64,000 nt of DNA from an uncultured Actinomycetes bacterium (GTDB taxonomy: Bacteria > Actinomycetota > Thermoleophilia > UBA2241). The position numbers and the translations under genes are program-made. Of this stretch, positions 31,543 to 41,767 are shown one piece after another; the first letter of the stretch is position 1, and every line of letters begins with the position of its first letter. Location: the NCBI GenBank assembly GCA_963755025.1, contig CAVWIH010000010.1, positions 1 through 64,000 on the forward strand, given 5' to 3'. A model generated the notes under the pieces. The model did not search any database. It had not been told where the DNA came from and saw only the letters and a program-made list of their open reading frames with translations.

Positions 31543-31585
31543 GCCGGCGCTGCGCCCCGACGCGGCGAGCGCGGGGCGGCGGCGA

Positions 31586-32695
31586 CTACTCCTCGTCGCC
31601 GAGCGCCAGCCGCACAAGGCGGTCGAGCAGCTCGCCGAACCCGATGCCGGCTGCCTGCGCGGCCTTGGGGAAGAGGCTGTTGATCGTCATGCCCGGAAGG
31701 GTGTTGACCTCGAGCACGATGGGGCCGCGGTCGGGCGTGATGATCATATCGACGCGCGAGTACCCCCGGCAGTCGAGCGCCCGGTGCGCCCTGAGCCCCA
31801 GGTCCTGCACCGCCGCCGTCACCTCGGGCGAGAGGTCGGCCGGACAGATCTCGTTGAAGAGCGCGGGGTCGTACTTGGCGCGATAGTCGAAGAACTCGCG
31901 GCGCGAGACGATCTCGACCACCGGCAGGGCGGTGAGGCGCCGGTTGCCGATGACCCCGACCGTGATCTCCCGACCGTCGAGCCGCTCCTCGACCAGCACA
32001 CGGCTGTCGTACTCGAAGGCCGTGGCGAGCGCCGCCGCCAGCTGGTCGGGATGATCCACCGGCCCCATGCCCACGCTCGAACCCTGGCGCGCCGGCTTGA
32101 CGAACGCCGGAACGAGAGCGGCGGCGCGGCGCATGGCGTCGTCGTCGCGGTCTTCGCGCTCGATGACGACCGATCGCGCGACCGCGATACCGGCGCCGGC
32201 GAGCATCTTGGCGGCCATGCTCTTGTCCATGGCGAGGGCCGACGCGAGCACGCCCGACCCCACGTAGGGGATGCCCACGATCTCGAGCATGCCCTGCAGC
32301 GTGCCGTCTTCGCCGTAGGGGCCGTGCAGGGCGATGAAGGCGACGTCGATGCGCCGCCCGCTCTGCCCGACCTGCAGAGCCTCGGTGGCGGGCGCCGCTT
32401 CGGCGGCGGCGCTCTGCATCTCGTCCTGGAACGCGGCCGGCAGCTCACGGCTCCGCTCGGCGAGCTCCTCGTGCCCCTTGGCGTGAGCCAGCAGCGCGTC
32501 GGCCTTTGCGGCGAGGTCGGCGGGCAGCGCGGGGTTGGCCGCCATGAGCGCCAGAGAGTCGAACAGGACGACGTCGTAGCGGTCGCGCGGCAGGTGATCG
32601 GCGATCATGCGGCCCGAGGCCAGCGAGATCTCGCGCTCCGCCGAGGCGCCGCCCAGCAGGACACCCACTCGAATGCGCTGATCGGCGTTGCTCAC
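31586..32695 (-). CDS. ddl: D-alanine--D-alanine ligase
   Basis: GGASAEREISLASG, LHGPYGEDG, GSSVG, FFDYRAKY and EVNTLPGMT. Confidence 0.95.
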   Translation of the reverse strand: MSNADQRIRVGVLLGGASAEREISLASGRMIADHLPRDRYDVVLFDSLALMAANPALPADLAAKADALLAHAKGHEELAERSRELPAAFQDEMQSAAAEAAPATEALQVGQSGRRIDVAFIALHGPYGEDGTLQGMLEIVGIPYVGSGVLASALAMDKSMAAKMLAGAGIAVARSVVIEREDRDDDAMRRAAALVPAFVKPARQGSSVGMGPVDHPDQLAAALATAFEYDSRVLVEERLDGREITVGVIGNRRLTALPVVEIVSRREFFDYRAKYDPALFNEICPADLSPEVTAAVQDLGLRAHRALDCRGYSRVDMIITPDRGPIVLEVNTLPGMTINSLFPKAAQAAGIGFGELLDRLVRLALGDEE

Positions 32696-32714
32696 GAGAG
32701 CCCTCCTTGGCTGG

Positions 32715-33359
32715 TCACGTCTGGTCCTTCGCGCCCCGGCAGCCGGTCGCGACGGTGCGCTCCTCGGTCACGACGGTGTCGACGCACAGGTCGTGCGGTT
32801 CGCGCGGCACGCGCTCGACCAGCTGGAGCTCGTAGGCGATGGCGACGCGCGGCGCGTCGGGGCGCAGGCGCCCCAGATAGGTGTCGTAGAAGCCGCCGCC
32901 GTAGCCCATGCGGCCGCCCTCGAGGTCGAACACCGAGCCCGGCACGATGACCACGTCGATGGCGGCGGGGTCGACGAGCGGCAGCTCGGGGCGCGGCTCG
33001 GGAATGGCGAAGCGGCCGGGCACGAGGTCGCGCGCCGGGTCGGACACGGCGAAGGCCTCCATGTGGTGCGGCCCCACGATGAGCGGCAGCGCCACCGTGG
33101 CCCCTTGGGCGAGGCAGCGCGCGATGAACGGCATGGTGTCGATCTCGGTGCGAAACGAGGCGAAGCAGAGGATGGTGTGGGCGCCGGCGACCTCGGGCAG
33201 CGCGGCCAGGCGGGCGCGCAGCGCCTCGTCGGCGCCGCGGCGCTGCGCGCCGGTCAGAGCGTCGCGCCGGGCCAGCACCACCTCGCGCAGCGCGCGCTTG
33301 GCGGCGGCGGTGTCGTCGCCTGGGCGGGCAACGCCGAGGCCCTCTGAGAGTCCGTTCAC
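32715..33359 (-). CDS. 5-formyltetrahydrofolate cyclo-ligase
   Basis: KRALR, IPEP, VPGSVFD..GGRMGYGGGFYD and EPHD. Confidence 0.93.
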   Translation of the reverse strand: MNGLSEGLGVARPGDDTAAAKRALREVVLARRDALTGAQRRGADEALRARLAALPEVAGAHTILCFASFRTEIDTMPFIARCLAQGATVALPLIVGPHHMEAFAVSDPARDLVPGRFAIPEPRPELPLVDPAAIDVVIVPGSVFDLEGGRMGYGGGFYDTYLGRLRPDAPRVAIAYELQLVERVPREPHDLCVDTVVTEERTVATGCRGAKDQT

Positions 33360-33498
33360 AGGTTCCAGGTCCTTGCTTGTGTCATATACTCACCTCCGTA
33401 GTATAGCTGGGCGTCCGGGCCGATAGCCTGTCGGTCCGCTTGCCCCGCGCACCAGGCAAACGCCCGTCAGGGCCGGTCCGTGAAGGGGTGCGGGCAGC

Positions 33499-34671
33499 AT
33501 GGCCATACGCTCTCGCGAAGAGCTCACACTTGCCGATCTGTTCGCTCACACGCTGGGCAACCTGATCGCCCTCACGGGCCCCGAAGAGCAGCGCGTGGCG
33601 CCCACCGCCCAGCAGATCCTCGAGGCCCCCGACGGCGAGGTCTGCATACAGCCGGCCCTGTTCCGGCTCATGCAGCTCGTGCTGCTGCCCGAGGTGCTCG
33701 GCGCCAACTCCGGCCCCATCCTCTACGTCGCCGCCAAGCGCTTCAGCGGCAGCCTCGAGCTGCAGTCCATCCAGGACCTGAAGTCGTGGTTCGCCACCAT
33801 GATGCTCGGCGAGCTCGAGGTCGAGCTCGACGAAGAGAAGGTGCTGGTCAAGCTCTCGAAGTGCATGACCTGTTACCGCCTGCCGCCCACCGGCAGCGCG
33901 CTCTGCGACTTCGAGCGCGGCCTGGTCGACGGCGTGCTCGAGCACATCACCGGCGCCGAGGTGATCACCAAAGAGACGTTGTGCTGGGGCCTGGGCGACA
34001 CCGTCTGCCAGTTCGAGGCCTACAACACGGGCGCCGACGGCTACGTCTACACCGAAGACGGCACCCAGCGCGAGGTGCAGCGCCGCCTGCTGTCCGGCAT
34101 CGCCGACCAGTCCGACATCGCCCTCGAGAACCTGCAGCTGGTGGGCGACCACCGCTACGCCGAGACCCGCGACGCGCTGACCGGCATGTACAACTTCCGC
34201 CATCTGCGCGAACACGCCAGCCTCGAGCTCGCCCGGGCGCGCCGCCACGACCGCAAGGTCGCCTTCGTCATGCTCGACATCGACAGCTTCGCCACCGTGA
34301 ACGAAGCGGTCGGCGAGCAAGGCGGCGACGCCGTGCTGCGCCAGTGGGCCGATCAGCTCCGCGCCCTGCTGCGCGCCTGCGACCTCACCTGCCGGTACGG
34401 CGCCGACGAGTTCCTGCTCGTGCTGCCCGAGACCGGCGACGCCGAAGCCGACCAGGCCCTCGCCCGCCTGCGATCGGCGCTCGGTGAGATGGTCTGCACG
34501 GCCGACGGCCGCAGTTTCTCGCTCAGCGCCAGCGCCGGGGTGGCGACCTTCCCCGAAGACGGCGTCATCGTCGAAGAGCTGGTCGCCAAGGCGACCACGA
34601 CCATGTACGTCGCCAAGTCGCGCGGCGTGGGCCAGATCGGCTTCTACTCGCCGCCCGGGCAGCCGGCTTGA
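33499..34671 (+). CDS. V4R (4VR) domain-GGDEF diguanylate cyclase fusion
   Basis: CMTC...LCDFERG...ETLCWGLGDTVCQF (V4R), then DALTGMYN, DIDSF..VNE..G...GD, RACD I-site and RYGADEF. Confidence 0.85.
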   Translation: MAIRSREELTLADLFAHTLGNLIALTGPEEQRVAPTAQQILEAPDGEVCIQPALFRLMQLVLLPEVLGANSGPILYVAAKRFSGSLELQSIQDLKSWFATMMLGELEVELDEEKVLVKLSKCMTCYRLPPTGSALCDFERGLVDGVLEHITGAEVITKETLCWGLGDTVCQFEAYNTGADGYVYTEDGTQREVQRRLLSGIADQSDIALENLQLVGDHRYAETRDALTGMYNFRHLREHASLELARARRHDRKVAFVMLDIDSFATVNEAVGEQGGDAVLRQWADQLRALLRACDLTCRYGADEFLLVLPETGDAEADQALARLRSALGEMVCTADGRSFSLSASAGVATFPEDGVIVEELVAKATTTMYVAKSRGVGQIGFYSPPGQPA

Positions 34672-34754
34672 GTCTGGGCGGCGGGCGGGGCCGCGGGCCC
34701 TGCCACGCCGCGTTCGTTGCTCGCGCCGCGAGGCTCGTGGTAGCGTAGCCTGCC

Positions 34755-35219
34755 GTGCCCGAACGCCTCGAGATCTTAGCCGTCGGTCGCCTCGACGCCG
34801 ACCTGCGGCCTGCCTTTGCGCATTACGAGCGGCTCATCGCCGGGCTTTGCCGGCTCTCGGTCCGCGAGGTGCGCGAGGTGTCGCTGCGCGGGCGCGCGGC
34901 CGGCGAGGTGCTGCGCGACGAAGGGCGGCGGCTTCTGGTGGGCCTGCCGGCCGGCGGGGTGGTGGTGGCGCTCGACGCCGCCGGCCGCGGCTACGACAGC
35001 GAAGCCTTCGCGGCGCGGCTGCAGGCGTGGTCGCAGGTCGGGCCCGTGACGTTCGTGGTGGGCGGCTCGCTGGGCATGGCCGACGACGTCAAGGCGGCCG
35101 CACACGAGCGGCTGTCGCTCTCGCCGCTGACGCTGCCCCATCAGCTCGCCCGGGTGGTGCTGGCCGAACAGCTCTTTCGCGCGCTGAAGATCGCGCGCGG
35201 GGAGACATACCATCATTGA
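34755..35219 (+). CDS. rlmH: 23S rRNA m3Psi1915 methyltransferase
   Basis: FVVGGSLG and LSLSPLTLPHQLARVVLAEQLFRA...GETYH. Confidence 0.94.
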   Translation: MPERLEILAVGRLDADLRPAFAHYERLIAGLCRLSVREVREVSLRGRAAGEVLRDEGRRLLVGLPAGGVVVALDAAGRGYDSEAFAARLQAWSQVGPVTFVVGGSLGMADDVKAAAHERLSLSPLTLPHQLARVVLAEQLFRALKIARGETYHH

Positions 35220-35266
35220 CGTGCGCCGGACACGGCACAGGCAACTGCGACAGAGGGACGACTGAC

Positions 35267-37009
35267 ATGAGCGAGCGCGACGACCACGAGGAGCTGTACG
35301 GGCTGACCGGCCTGGGGCGGTCGCTCGGGCGAGCGCTCGCGGAGCTCGTGCCCGGCGAGCCGGCGGCGGCCGAGGTCACGCTGCCACCCAAGGCCGAGTT
35401 CGGCGACGTGTCGACCCCGGTCGCCCTGGCCGTGGCGCGCCGCGTGGGCCGTAACCCCCGCGAGCTGGCCGCCGAGCTGGGCGAGCGCTGGTGCTCCGGG
35501 GCGGGCGCGGCCGTGTGCGCTCGCTTCGAGGTCGCCGGTCCCGGCTTTCTCAACCTGTTCCTGAACGACGCCTGGTATCGCGAGGCGACGCGGCGCATGG
35601 TGGCGCTCGGCGCCGATCACGGCCGCGACGTCGTGCCCCCCGACGAGCGTCGCAAGATCAACGTCGAGTTCGTCAGCGTCAACCCCACGGGGCCGCTGCA
35701 CGTCGGCCACGCGCGCTACGCGTCGATGGGCGACGCCCTCTGCCGCCTGCTCGGCTTCGCCGGTCACCAGGTGACCCGCGAGTTCTACGTGAACGATTTC
35801 GGCACGCAGATGGTGAAGTTCGGCCAGTCGCTCACCGCGCGTTACGCGCAGCGCCTGGGGATCGACATCGAGGTGCCCGCCGACGGCTACCTCGGCGATT
35901 ACCTGCTCGAGGTCGCCGACCGGCTCATCGACGAGGTCGGCGAGCGCTACCGGCCGGCAATCGCCGCGGCCGCGCCCGACCTCTCCGCCGTGCCGCCCGA
36001 GGTAGTCGACCAGATCAAGGTGTGGGGCCGCGACGCCATCCTCGGACGTTTTCGCACCACCCTGGGGAACCTGCGGGTGCCTTTCGACGTGTGGAAGAGC
36101 GAGGCGTCGCTCTACGAGGGCGGCCCGGCTCACCGCGGCTTCGCCGGCGAGGTCGGCAAGGCGCTGCTCGAGCTGGACGACGACGGCGAGCTCTTCGACG
36201 CCGACGGCGCCGTGTGGCTGCGCACCACCGACTACGGCGACGACAAGGACCGCGTGCTGGTGCGCCAGACGGGCGCGCCCACCTACTTCCTCTCCGACAT
36301 CGCCTACCACCGCGACAAGATGGACCGCGGCTTCGATCACCTGATCGACATCTGGGGCGCCGACCACCACGGCTACGTGCCGCGCATGAAGGCCATGTTC
36401 ACCGCCCTGCCGCCGCACGACCCCGACCGGCTCGAGCTGATCATCGGCCAGCTGGTGAACCTGCTCGAAAGCGGCGTGGCGCGGCGCATGTCAAAGCGCC
36501 GCGGCGACATCGTCACGGTCGACGACCTGATCGAGGCGATCGGCGTCGACGCCGTGCGCTTCTTCATGGTCGCCCGCAGCCACGACTCGACGCTCGATCT
36601 CGACCTCGACCTGGCGGTCGAGCAGTCGAGCAAGAACCCGGTCTACTACGTGCAGTACGCCCACGCGCGCATCTGCAGCGTGCTCGCCAACCTGCCCGGA
36701 GGCGACGTGGCGTCCGACCCGGCGTCGTTCGGCGAGGTGGCTGTCGGCCCCTACGAGCGCAACCTGGTGCGCACGCTGGCGCGTTTTCCGCTGGTCGTGC
36801 TCGAGGCCGTCGAGCGCCGTGGGCCGCACCGTGTGCACGCCTACCTCGGCGAGCTCGCCGCTGAGTTCCACGTGTTCTACCGCAACTGCCGGGTGCTCAC
36901 CGACGAGCCCGAGGTGGCGGCCTTTCGCGCCGGCCTGTGCGTGGCGACCCGCACGACCCTGGCCAAGGGCCTCGAGCTGCTCGGGGTGAGCGCGCCGCAG
37001 AGCATGTGA
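35267..37009 (+). CDS. argS: Arginyl-tRNA synthetase
   Basis: GPGFLN, EFVSVNPTGPLHVGH, WGADHHGY, MSKRRG and NPVYYVQYAHAR. Confidence 0.96.
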   Translation: MSERDDHEELYGLTGLGRSLGRALAELVPGEPAAAEVTLPPKAEFGDVSTPVALAVARRVGRNPRELAAELGERWCSGAGAAVCARFEVAGPGFLNLFLNDAWYREATRRMVALGADHGRDVVPPDERRKINVEFVSVNPTGPLHVGHARYASMGDALCRLLGFAGHQVTREFYVNDFGTQMVKFGQSLTARYAQRLGIDIEVPADGYLGDYLLEVADRLIDEVGERYRPAIAAAAPDLSAVPPEVVDQIKVWGRDAILGRFRTTLGNLRVPFDVWKSEASLYEGGPAHRGFAGEVGKALLELDDDGELFDADGAVWLRTTDYGDDKDRVLVRQTGAPTYFLSDIAYHRDKMDRGFDHLIDIWGADHHGYVPRMKAMFTALPPHDPDRLELIIGQLVNLLESGVARRMSKRRGDIVTVDDLIEAIGVDAVRFFMVARSHDSTLDLDLDLAVEQSSKNPVYYVQYAHARICSVLANLPGGDVASDPASFGEVAVGPYERNLVRTLARFPLVVLEAVERRGPHRVHAYLGELAAEFHVFYRNCRVLTDEPEVAAFRAGLCVATRTTLAKGLELLGVSAPQSM

Positions 37010-37059
37010 CGCGGGGTCGCGGCGCGCGCGGCGTGGGAGCCTGAGGCCTGACGACAGAC

Positions 37060-37098
37060 GCGGGGGGCGAGTCGCTTGTCGGCGACTCGCCCCCCGCG
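37060..37098. terminator. Strong hairpin between convergent argS and BlaI-family genes
   Basis: GCGGGGGGCGAGTCGC-TTGTCG-GCGACTCGCCCCCCGC; no T-tract. Confidence 0.65.
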
Positions 37099-37130
37099 GT
37101 ATCGGCGCCCTCGGGGCGCCGCCTGAGGCG

Positions 37131-37551
37131 TCAGGCGGCGAAGTGGTCTTCGGCGTACTTGCGCAGCTCCTCGGCCTGCTCGGGGTTGAGGTCGCGCTTC
37201 AGCCCGAGGAGGTGCGACAGCGCCAGGTTGGCCCGCCCGCGGAACAGGCGCTGGACGACGCTGTCGAGGATCGTGCTGGCCACTTCGTTGCCGGGGATGG
37301 CCGGCGTGTACACGTAGGCGATCGCCGGTGCGGTCCTGCGTGAGCAGCTCTTTCTTGACCAGGTTGTTCATGACCGTCATGACGGTCGTGTAGGCGATCT
37401 GGCGCTGCTCGCGGAGCGTCTCGTAGACGTCGCGCACGGTCGCCTGCTTGCGTTCCCAGATGATCGCCAGGATGTCGGCCTCGAGCGAGCCGATCCCGGT
37501 GAAGGGAGCACCCTTTGTGCTCTTGAGCCACTTTGGTCTGATGCGTTCCAT
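37131..37551 (-). CDS. BlaI/MecI/CopY family repressor (one frameshift near 37325)
   Basis: GSLEADILAIIW....TVRDV......AYTTVMTVM.NL..K, then IAYVYTP in the adjacent frame. Confidence 0.88.
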
Positions 37552-37939
37552 GCGCCCGCCCCCTTTCGGAGCCACGTTATGCCGCCCGACGGACCACTTC
37601 CGCGAAAGCGGTAACGAAGGACCTCGTACATCACTACCATAGCCATGGAGCGGCCGCAACAATGCCGTTTACGGGTCGTTTCGTACGCCGGCGGCCGTGA
37701 GTCACTGAACGTACGCGGAGTCTTTGCGGCCAGCTCCGATCCGGACCGGGGGCGCGGTATGAATGTCCACATGCGTAGTTTGGTCAGTCCGGATAAATCC
37801 AAACGCCCTGCGCGTCCCCGTGGGCGAGGCCTTGCCGGCGCGCGCCCTACGGCGGTTTGGTAGGATGGCCGCGGCCCCGGCGGCGGGGCTCCGGCCGCCC
37901 GTTCCGCGCGCGGCCGGCCCCAACGAGGAGGTACGTGTC

Positions 37940-39015
37940 ATGGCGCCCGACGTCGGCTTGTTGCGCGATCTGGTCACGGCGTTCGGGCCGAGCGGCTTCG
38001 AGCAGCCTGTGCAAGAGGTCCTGCGTCGTCGGGTCGCGCCCGTCGCCGCCCCCGAGACCGACGTGCTGGGCAATGTCGTCGCCACCGTCAATCCGGGCGG
38101 CGCCCCCTCGCTCGTGGTCGCCGCCCACGCCGACCAGATCGGCTTGCAGGTGACCTGGGTCGACGAGCACGGGTTCGTCTACTTCGACAAGCTCGGCGGC
38201 ATCGATCACCTGTTGCTGGCCGGCCGGGCGGTCGTCATCCAGGGTCGCGAGGGCGCAGTCGACGGGGTGATCGGCAAGCGGCCCACGCACCTGATCGCCG
38301 AAGCCGAGCGCGGCAAGGCCGCCGAGCTGTGCGATCACTGGATCGATATCGGCGCGCCCGACCGCGAGGCGGCGCTGGCGCGCGTCGCGGTCGGCGACCC
38401 GATCGTCTTCGCGCCGCACTTCGTCGAGCTCGCCGGCGGCATCGTCGCCGGCCGGGCGCTCGACGATCGCGCCGGCCTCTACGTGGTGGCGCGGGCGCTC
38501 GAGCTTTACGCCGGCGGCGCCCGGCGCCGCGGCGCTCACGGGCGCTCTCGACGGTCCAGGAGGAGACGCGCTACATGGGCGCGCACGTGCAGGCGCGCCG
38601 CCAGCGTCCCGACTGCATGATCGTCGTCGACGCCGAGTTCGCGACCGACCAGCCCGAGGTCGAACCGCGCCGCGCTGGGCGGCGCCGCCCTGCTCGGTGG
38701 CGGTCCGGTCCTGGGTCGCGGCGGCGCCGGCAACCCCGCGCTGCTCGCCCTGTTTCGCGAGGTGGCGGCCGCCGAGGCGACATCGCCGTGCAGATCAAAG
38801 CCTTCCCGGGCGACACGCAGACCGACAGCGAGTACCTGCAGACCGCGGGCGGCGGCGCGGCCGCCATCAACCTGGGCCTGCCCGTGCGCTACATGCACTC
38901 GCCTCACGAGGTCGCCCACCTCGACGACCTCGAGGCGGCGGCGCACCTGGTGGCGGCGGTCGCGCGTCGCGCGGGCGAGGTCTTCGAGCCCGGTTACTTC
39001 ACGCCGCGCGCCTAG
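37940..39015 (+). CDS. M42 family metallopeptidase (frameshifted)
   Basis: GPSGFE, DVLGN, AHADQIG, GGID, ALDDRAG, TVQEE and RYMHSPHE across three frames. GAGGAGG RBS. Confidence 0.88.
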
Positions 39016-39099
39016 CGGCGCCGCCGCCGCGACCCGTCGCGCGACCCCCGGCGCGACCTTGAAGCGACGGCGTCGGGTGTGGTGTACTGTGAGCCCGGT

Positions 39100-39175
39100 G
39101 CGGATGTAGCGTAGCTGGTAACGCGTCAGCTTCCCAAGCTGAAGACCGCGGGTTCGAGTCCCGTCATCCGCTCCA
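39100..39175 (+). tRNA. tRNA-Gly (CCC)
   Basis: GCGGATG...TCAGC-TTCCCAA-GCTGA...GGTTCGAGTCCC...CATCCGCTCCA. Confidence 0.97.
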
Positions 39176-39255
39176 GCCTTTGCCCCACCGCCGCGGGTTC
39201 GCCTCAAGCGCCGCGCGTTCGCCTCACCGCGCGCGTTCGCCTCACCGGCCGCCCG

Positions 39256-40824
39256 TCAGGGCAGCAGGACGCCCAGGTGAAGGCGCTTGATGAGCAGCGC
39301 GCCGGCCGTGTTGGCCACGAGCAGAGCCGCGCCGGCCGAGGCCGAGCGGGGCGCCCTTGCCGGGCGACTGGCGGGCGCCGCTCGTGATGCCGTTCTGCAG
39401 CGCGGCGAAGCCGTCGGCGGCCTGCTGTACGGCGGCGTCGATGGCCGGGTCGTCGGAAGCCGCCGCGGTCGTCGGCGTGGCGGGCGTCTGCCCGCTCGCG
39501 GCGGTGCTCACCAGGTGGCCGGCCGCGCGCCAGGCGTCGAGGTAGGGCGTGGGGTCGACCGCCGGCCCGCCGTCGGGGTGGATCTCGAAGTGCAGGTGCG
39601 GCGGCGTGCCCTTGGCGTCGCCGGTGTCGCCCACGTAGCCGATCGTCTGCCCGGCGACCACGTGCTGGCCCTGCACGAGGCCCGTGGCGAAGCGCGACAG
39701 GTGGGCGTAGTAGAAGTAGTCGCCGCGGCGACGTCGTGAGATGGATGTTGTTGCCGCCGATGGGCGTGAGGCTCATGCCGGTGATGGTGCCGTCCTGCAC
39801 CGCCACGACGAGCGAGCCGTAGGTCGCGAAGATGTCGTCGCCCTGGTGTCCGCCGGGCATGTCGGCGCGGTAGGCGCCGAAGGTGTCGGTGTAGGTGTAG
39901 GTGCCGACGACCGGGAACACGGCGCCCGGAAACCGGGCGAGGATCGCCGGCGACGGCGTCGCCGGCGCCGGCATGGCGCTGTAGCTGGTCGGCCGGGTAC
40001 GACGAGCCGGTCGTCGGCTGTGGTGGGCGTCGCGGTGCTCGTCGGCTGCGGGGTGGGCGTACGTCGTGTGGGCGTGGCGTGGGGGTCGGGGTCGGCGTGG
40101 GGGTGGGCGTCGGGCGTCGGCGTGCCGAGCAGCGCGTCGAGGGTCGCCTGATCGGCGCGCACGTGCGAGCGTGCCGACGGTGATCGTGGTGCCGGCCGGC
40201 AAGCCGTCGGTGGCGGCGTGAGCACGAGGGCTGAGGCCGACGACCGAGGCGCTGGCCTCGCCGCCGCCGCCCTGCGGAGAACTCCTTGAGGATGGTGAGC
40301 GTGCCCACGCCGGGCACCGTCACGGTGCCCTGGTGACGGCAGCGCGGCGTCGTCGACGCCGGCGACGTGCAGACCCGCTCACGGCGCTGCCGGCGGTGGT
40401 GGCCTGGGCGTCGCCGTCGACCACGCTGGCCGTGCCGCTCAGCTGCAGGCGAGTCGGCGGTCACGACGCCGTCGAGCAGGCTGATGCCGGTGGCCGTCAC
40501 GCCGGCCTTCGAGACGAGGGTGTGGTCGACGATGAACGACGAGGCGGTCGACGTGCCGCCGGCCAGCGCGACGGCCGTCGGGCAGGTCGGCGGCGGTGGC
40601 GGTGGCGGTGTTGTCGGTCGCGGCGGCGCTGACGGCGACGGCGCCGTACGGTCTGGCCGGCCCCGTCGACGGCGACGGCCGCCTGCGCTCCGGCGCCGGT
40701 CGAGCCGGCCGCGACGGGCAGCACGGAGAGGGCGGCGAGCAGCGCCGCGCCCTACGGCGAGCGCCAACGTCGCGCGAAGTGCGCGCCGGCGTTTCGGCAA
40801 CGGCTGTCGCCTGCGGCGGCCCAT
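39256..40824 (-). CDS. Secreted M23 family peptidase with beta-rich N-domain and Pro/Thr linker (multiple frameshifts)
   Basis: HQGDDIF (HxxxD), GGN, YYAHL and GYVGDTGDA...HLHFEI. N-terminal signal-like segment, TPTP linker and C-terminal hydrophobic tail. Confidence 0.75.
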
Positions 40825-41060
40825 GGCCTGCGTCGAGTATAGCATCGCGTCGGGGGGCTGTTCGGCGTGCGTCGCAGGGCTCGCCGCCGTTGACCCGGTG
40901 CGCGCCTCGGAGGGGCTCTCACCGCCGCCTCCGCGTCTGTCGCGGCCCTTGCGGCGTCCCGCCGGACTGGTAGCATGTGGACGGCCTCAGGGGGGGCGTC
41001 CGCACGCGCGACAGGCCCCCTCGCCGCGCATCCGTGCCCGACGCTCGAGGTCCGCTGACT

Positions 41061-41672
41061 GTGAGTCACTCGACCGAAGCCATCCGCCACGAGGCGGAGC
41101 GCATGCTCAAGGCGGCCGGCGCCACCGGCGCGCCCGTCTCGCTGCGCGACGTGGTGAGCTACCTGAACCTCTCGCTGGTCGAGCGGCGTCGCGAGCCGTT
41201 CGGCTCCGAGGCGGCGCTCGTGGCGCGCGGCGACGGCCACGCCATCGAGCTGCGCGGCAGTCCGGGCGAGCGCCGCCTGCGCTTCACGATCGCCCACGAG
41301 ATCGGTCATTTCGTGCTGCACCCGGGGCGCGCCATGAGCGAGCGCGGCGGAGCGACCAACCAGGTCGACGGCCCGCCTCGAACGCGAGGCCGACCAGTTC
41401 GCCGCCGAACTGCTCATGCCCGAGCAGCTCGTGCGCCAGGCGGTGCTCGACGACGGCGGCGACGCTGCGCCGCCTGGCCGACCGCTTCGACGTCAGCGAC
41501 GCAGGCCATGAGCCTGCGCCTGCGCCGCCTCGGCCTGGTCGAGCGCCGCGGCGCCGCGGCGCCGTCCCTCGCGCGACGCCTGACCTTCGCCGGCGCCGCC
41601 CAGCGGCGCGCGCCGGCGCGCGCCGTGTGCGGACGGCGCCCGAGGTGCGCGGTGTCGGCCGCGCGGGAATAG
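41061..41672 (+). CDS. ImmA/IrrE family metallo-endopeptidase (frameshifted; end approximate)
   Basis: RLRFTIAHEIGH, then EREADQFAAELLMP and LADRFDVS in adjacent frames. Confidence 0.85.
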   Translation: MSHSTEAIRHEAERMLKAAGATGAPVSLRDVVSYLNLSLVERRREPFGSEAALVARGDGHAIELRGSPGERRLRFTIAHEIGHFVLHPGRAMSERGGATNQVDGPPRTRGRPVRRRTAHARAARAPGGARRRRRRCAAWPTASTSATQAMSLRLRRLGLVERRGAAAPSLARRLTFAGAAQRRAPARAVCGRRPRCAVSAARE

Positions 41673-41767
41673 AGGGGTGCCTCGCAGGGCGCGGCGCGCC
41701 ACGGTGTTCAGGCTGACGTCCCCGCTCGCGATGTGATGTACTACGGTGCCATCAGACCGGAGGCCAC

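Noticed and set aside
33450-33498. c-di-GMP-I riboswitch before the V4R-GGDEF gene (GGCAAAC)
   Set aside because: Lacks the GNRA-capped P2 and the GACGCAAA/P3 elements. The same applies to GGCAAAC at about 58093 and the GAAA hairpin at about 37600.
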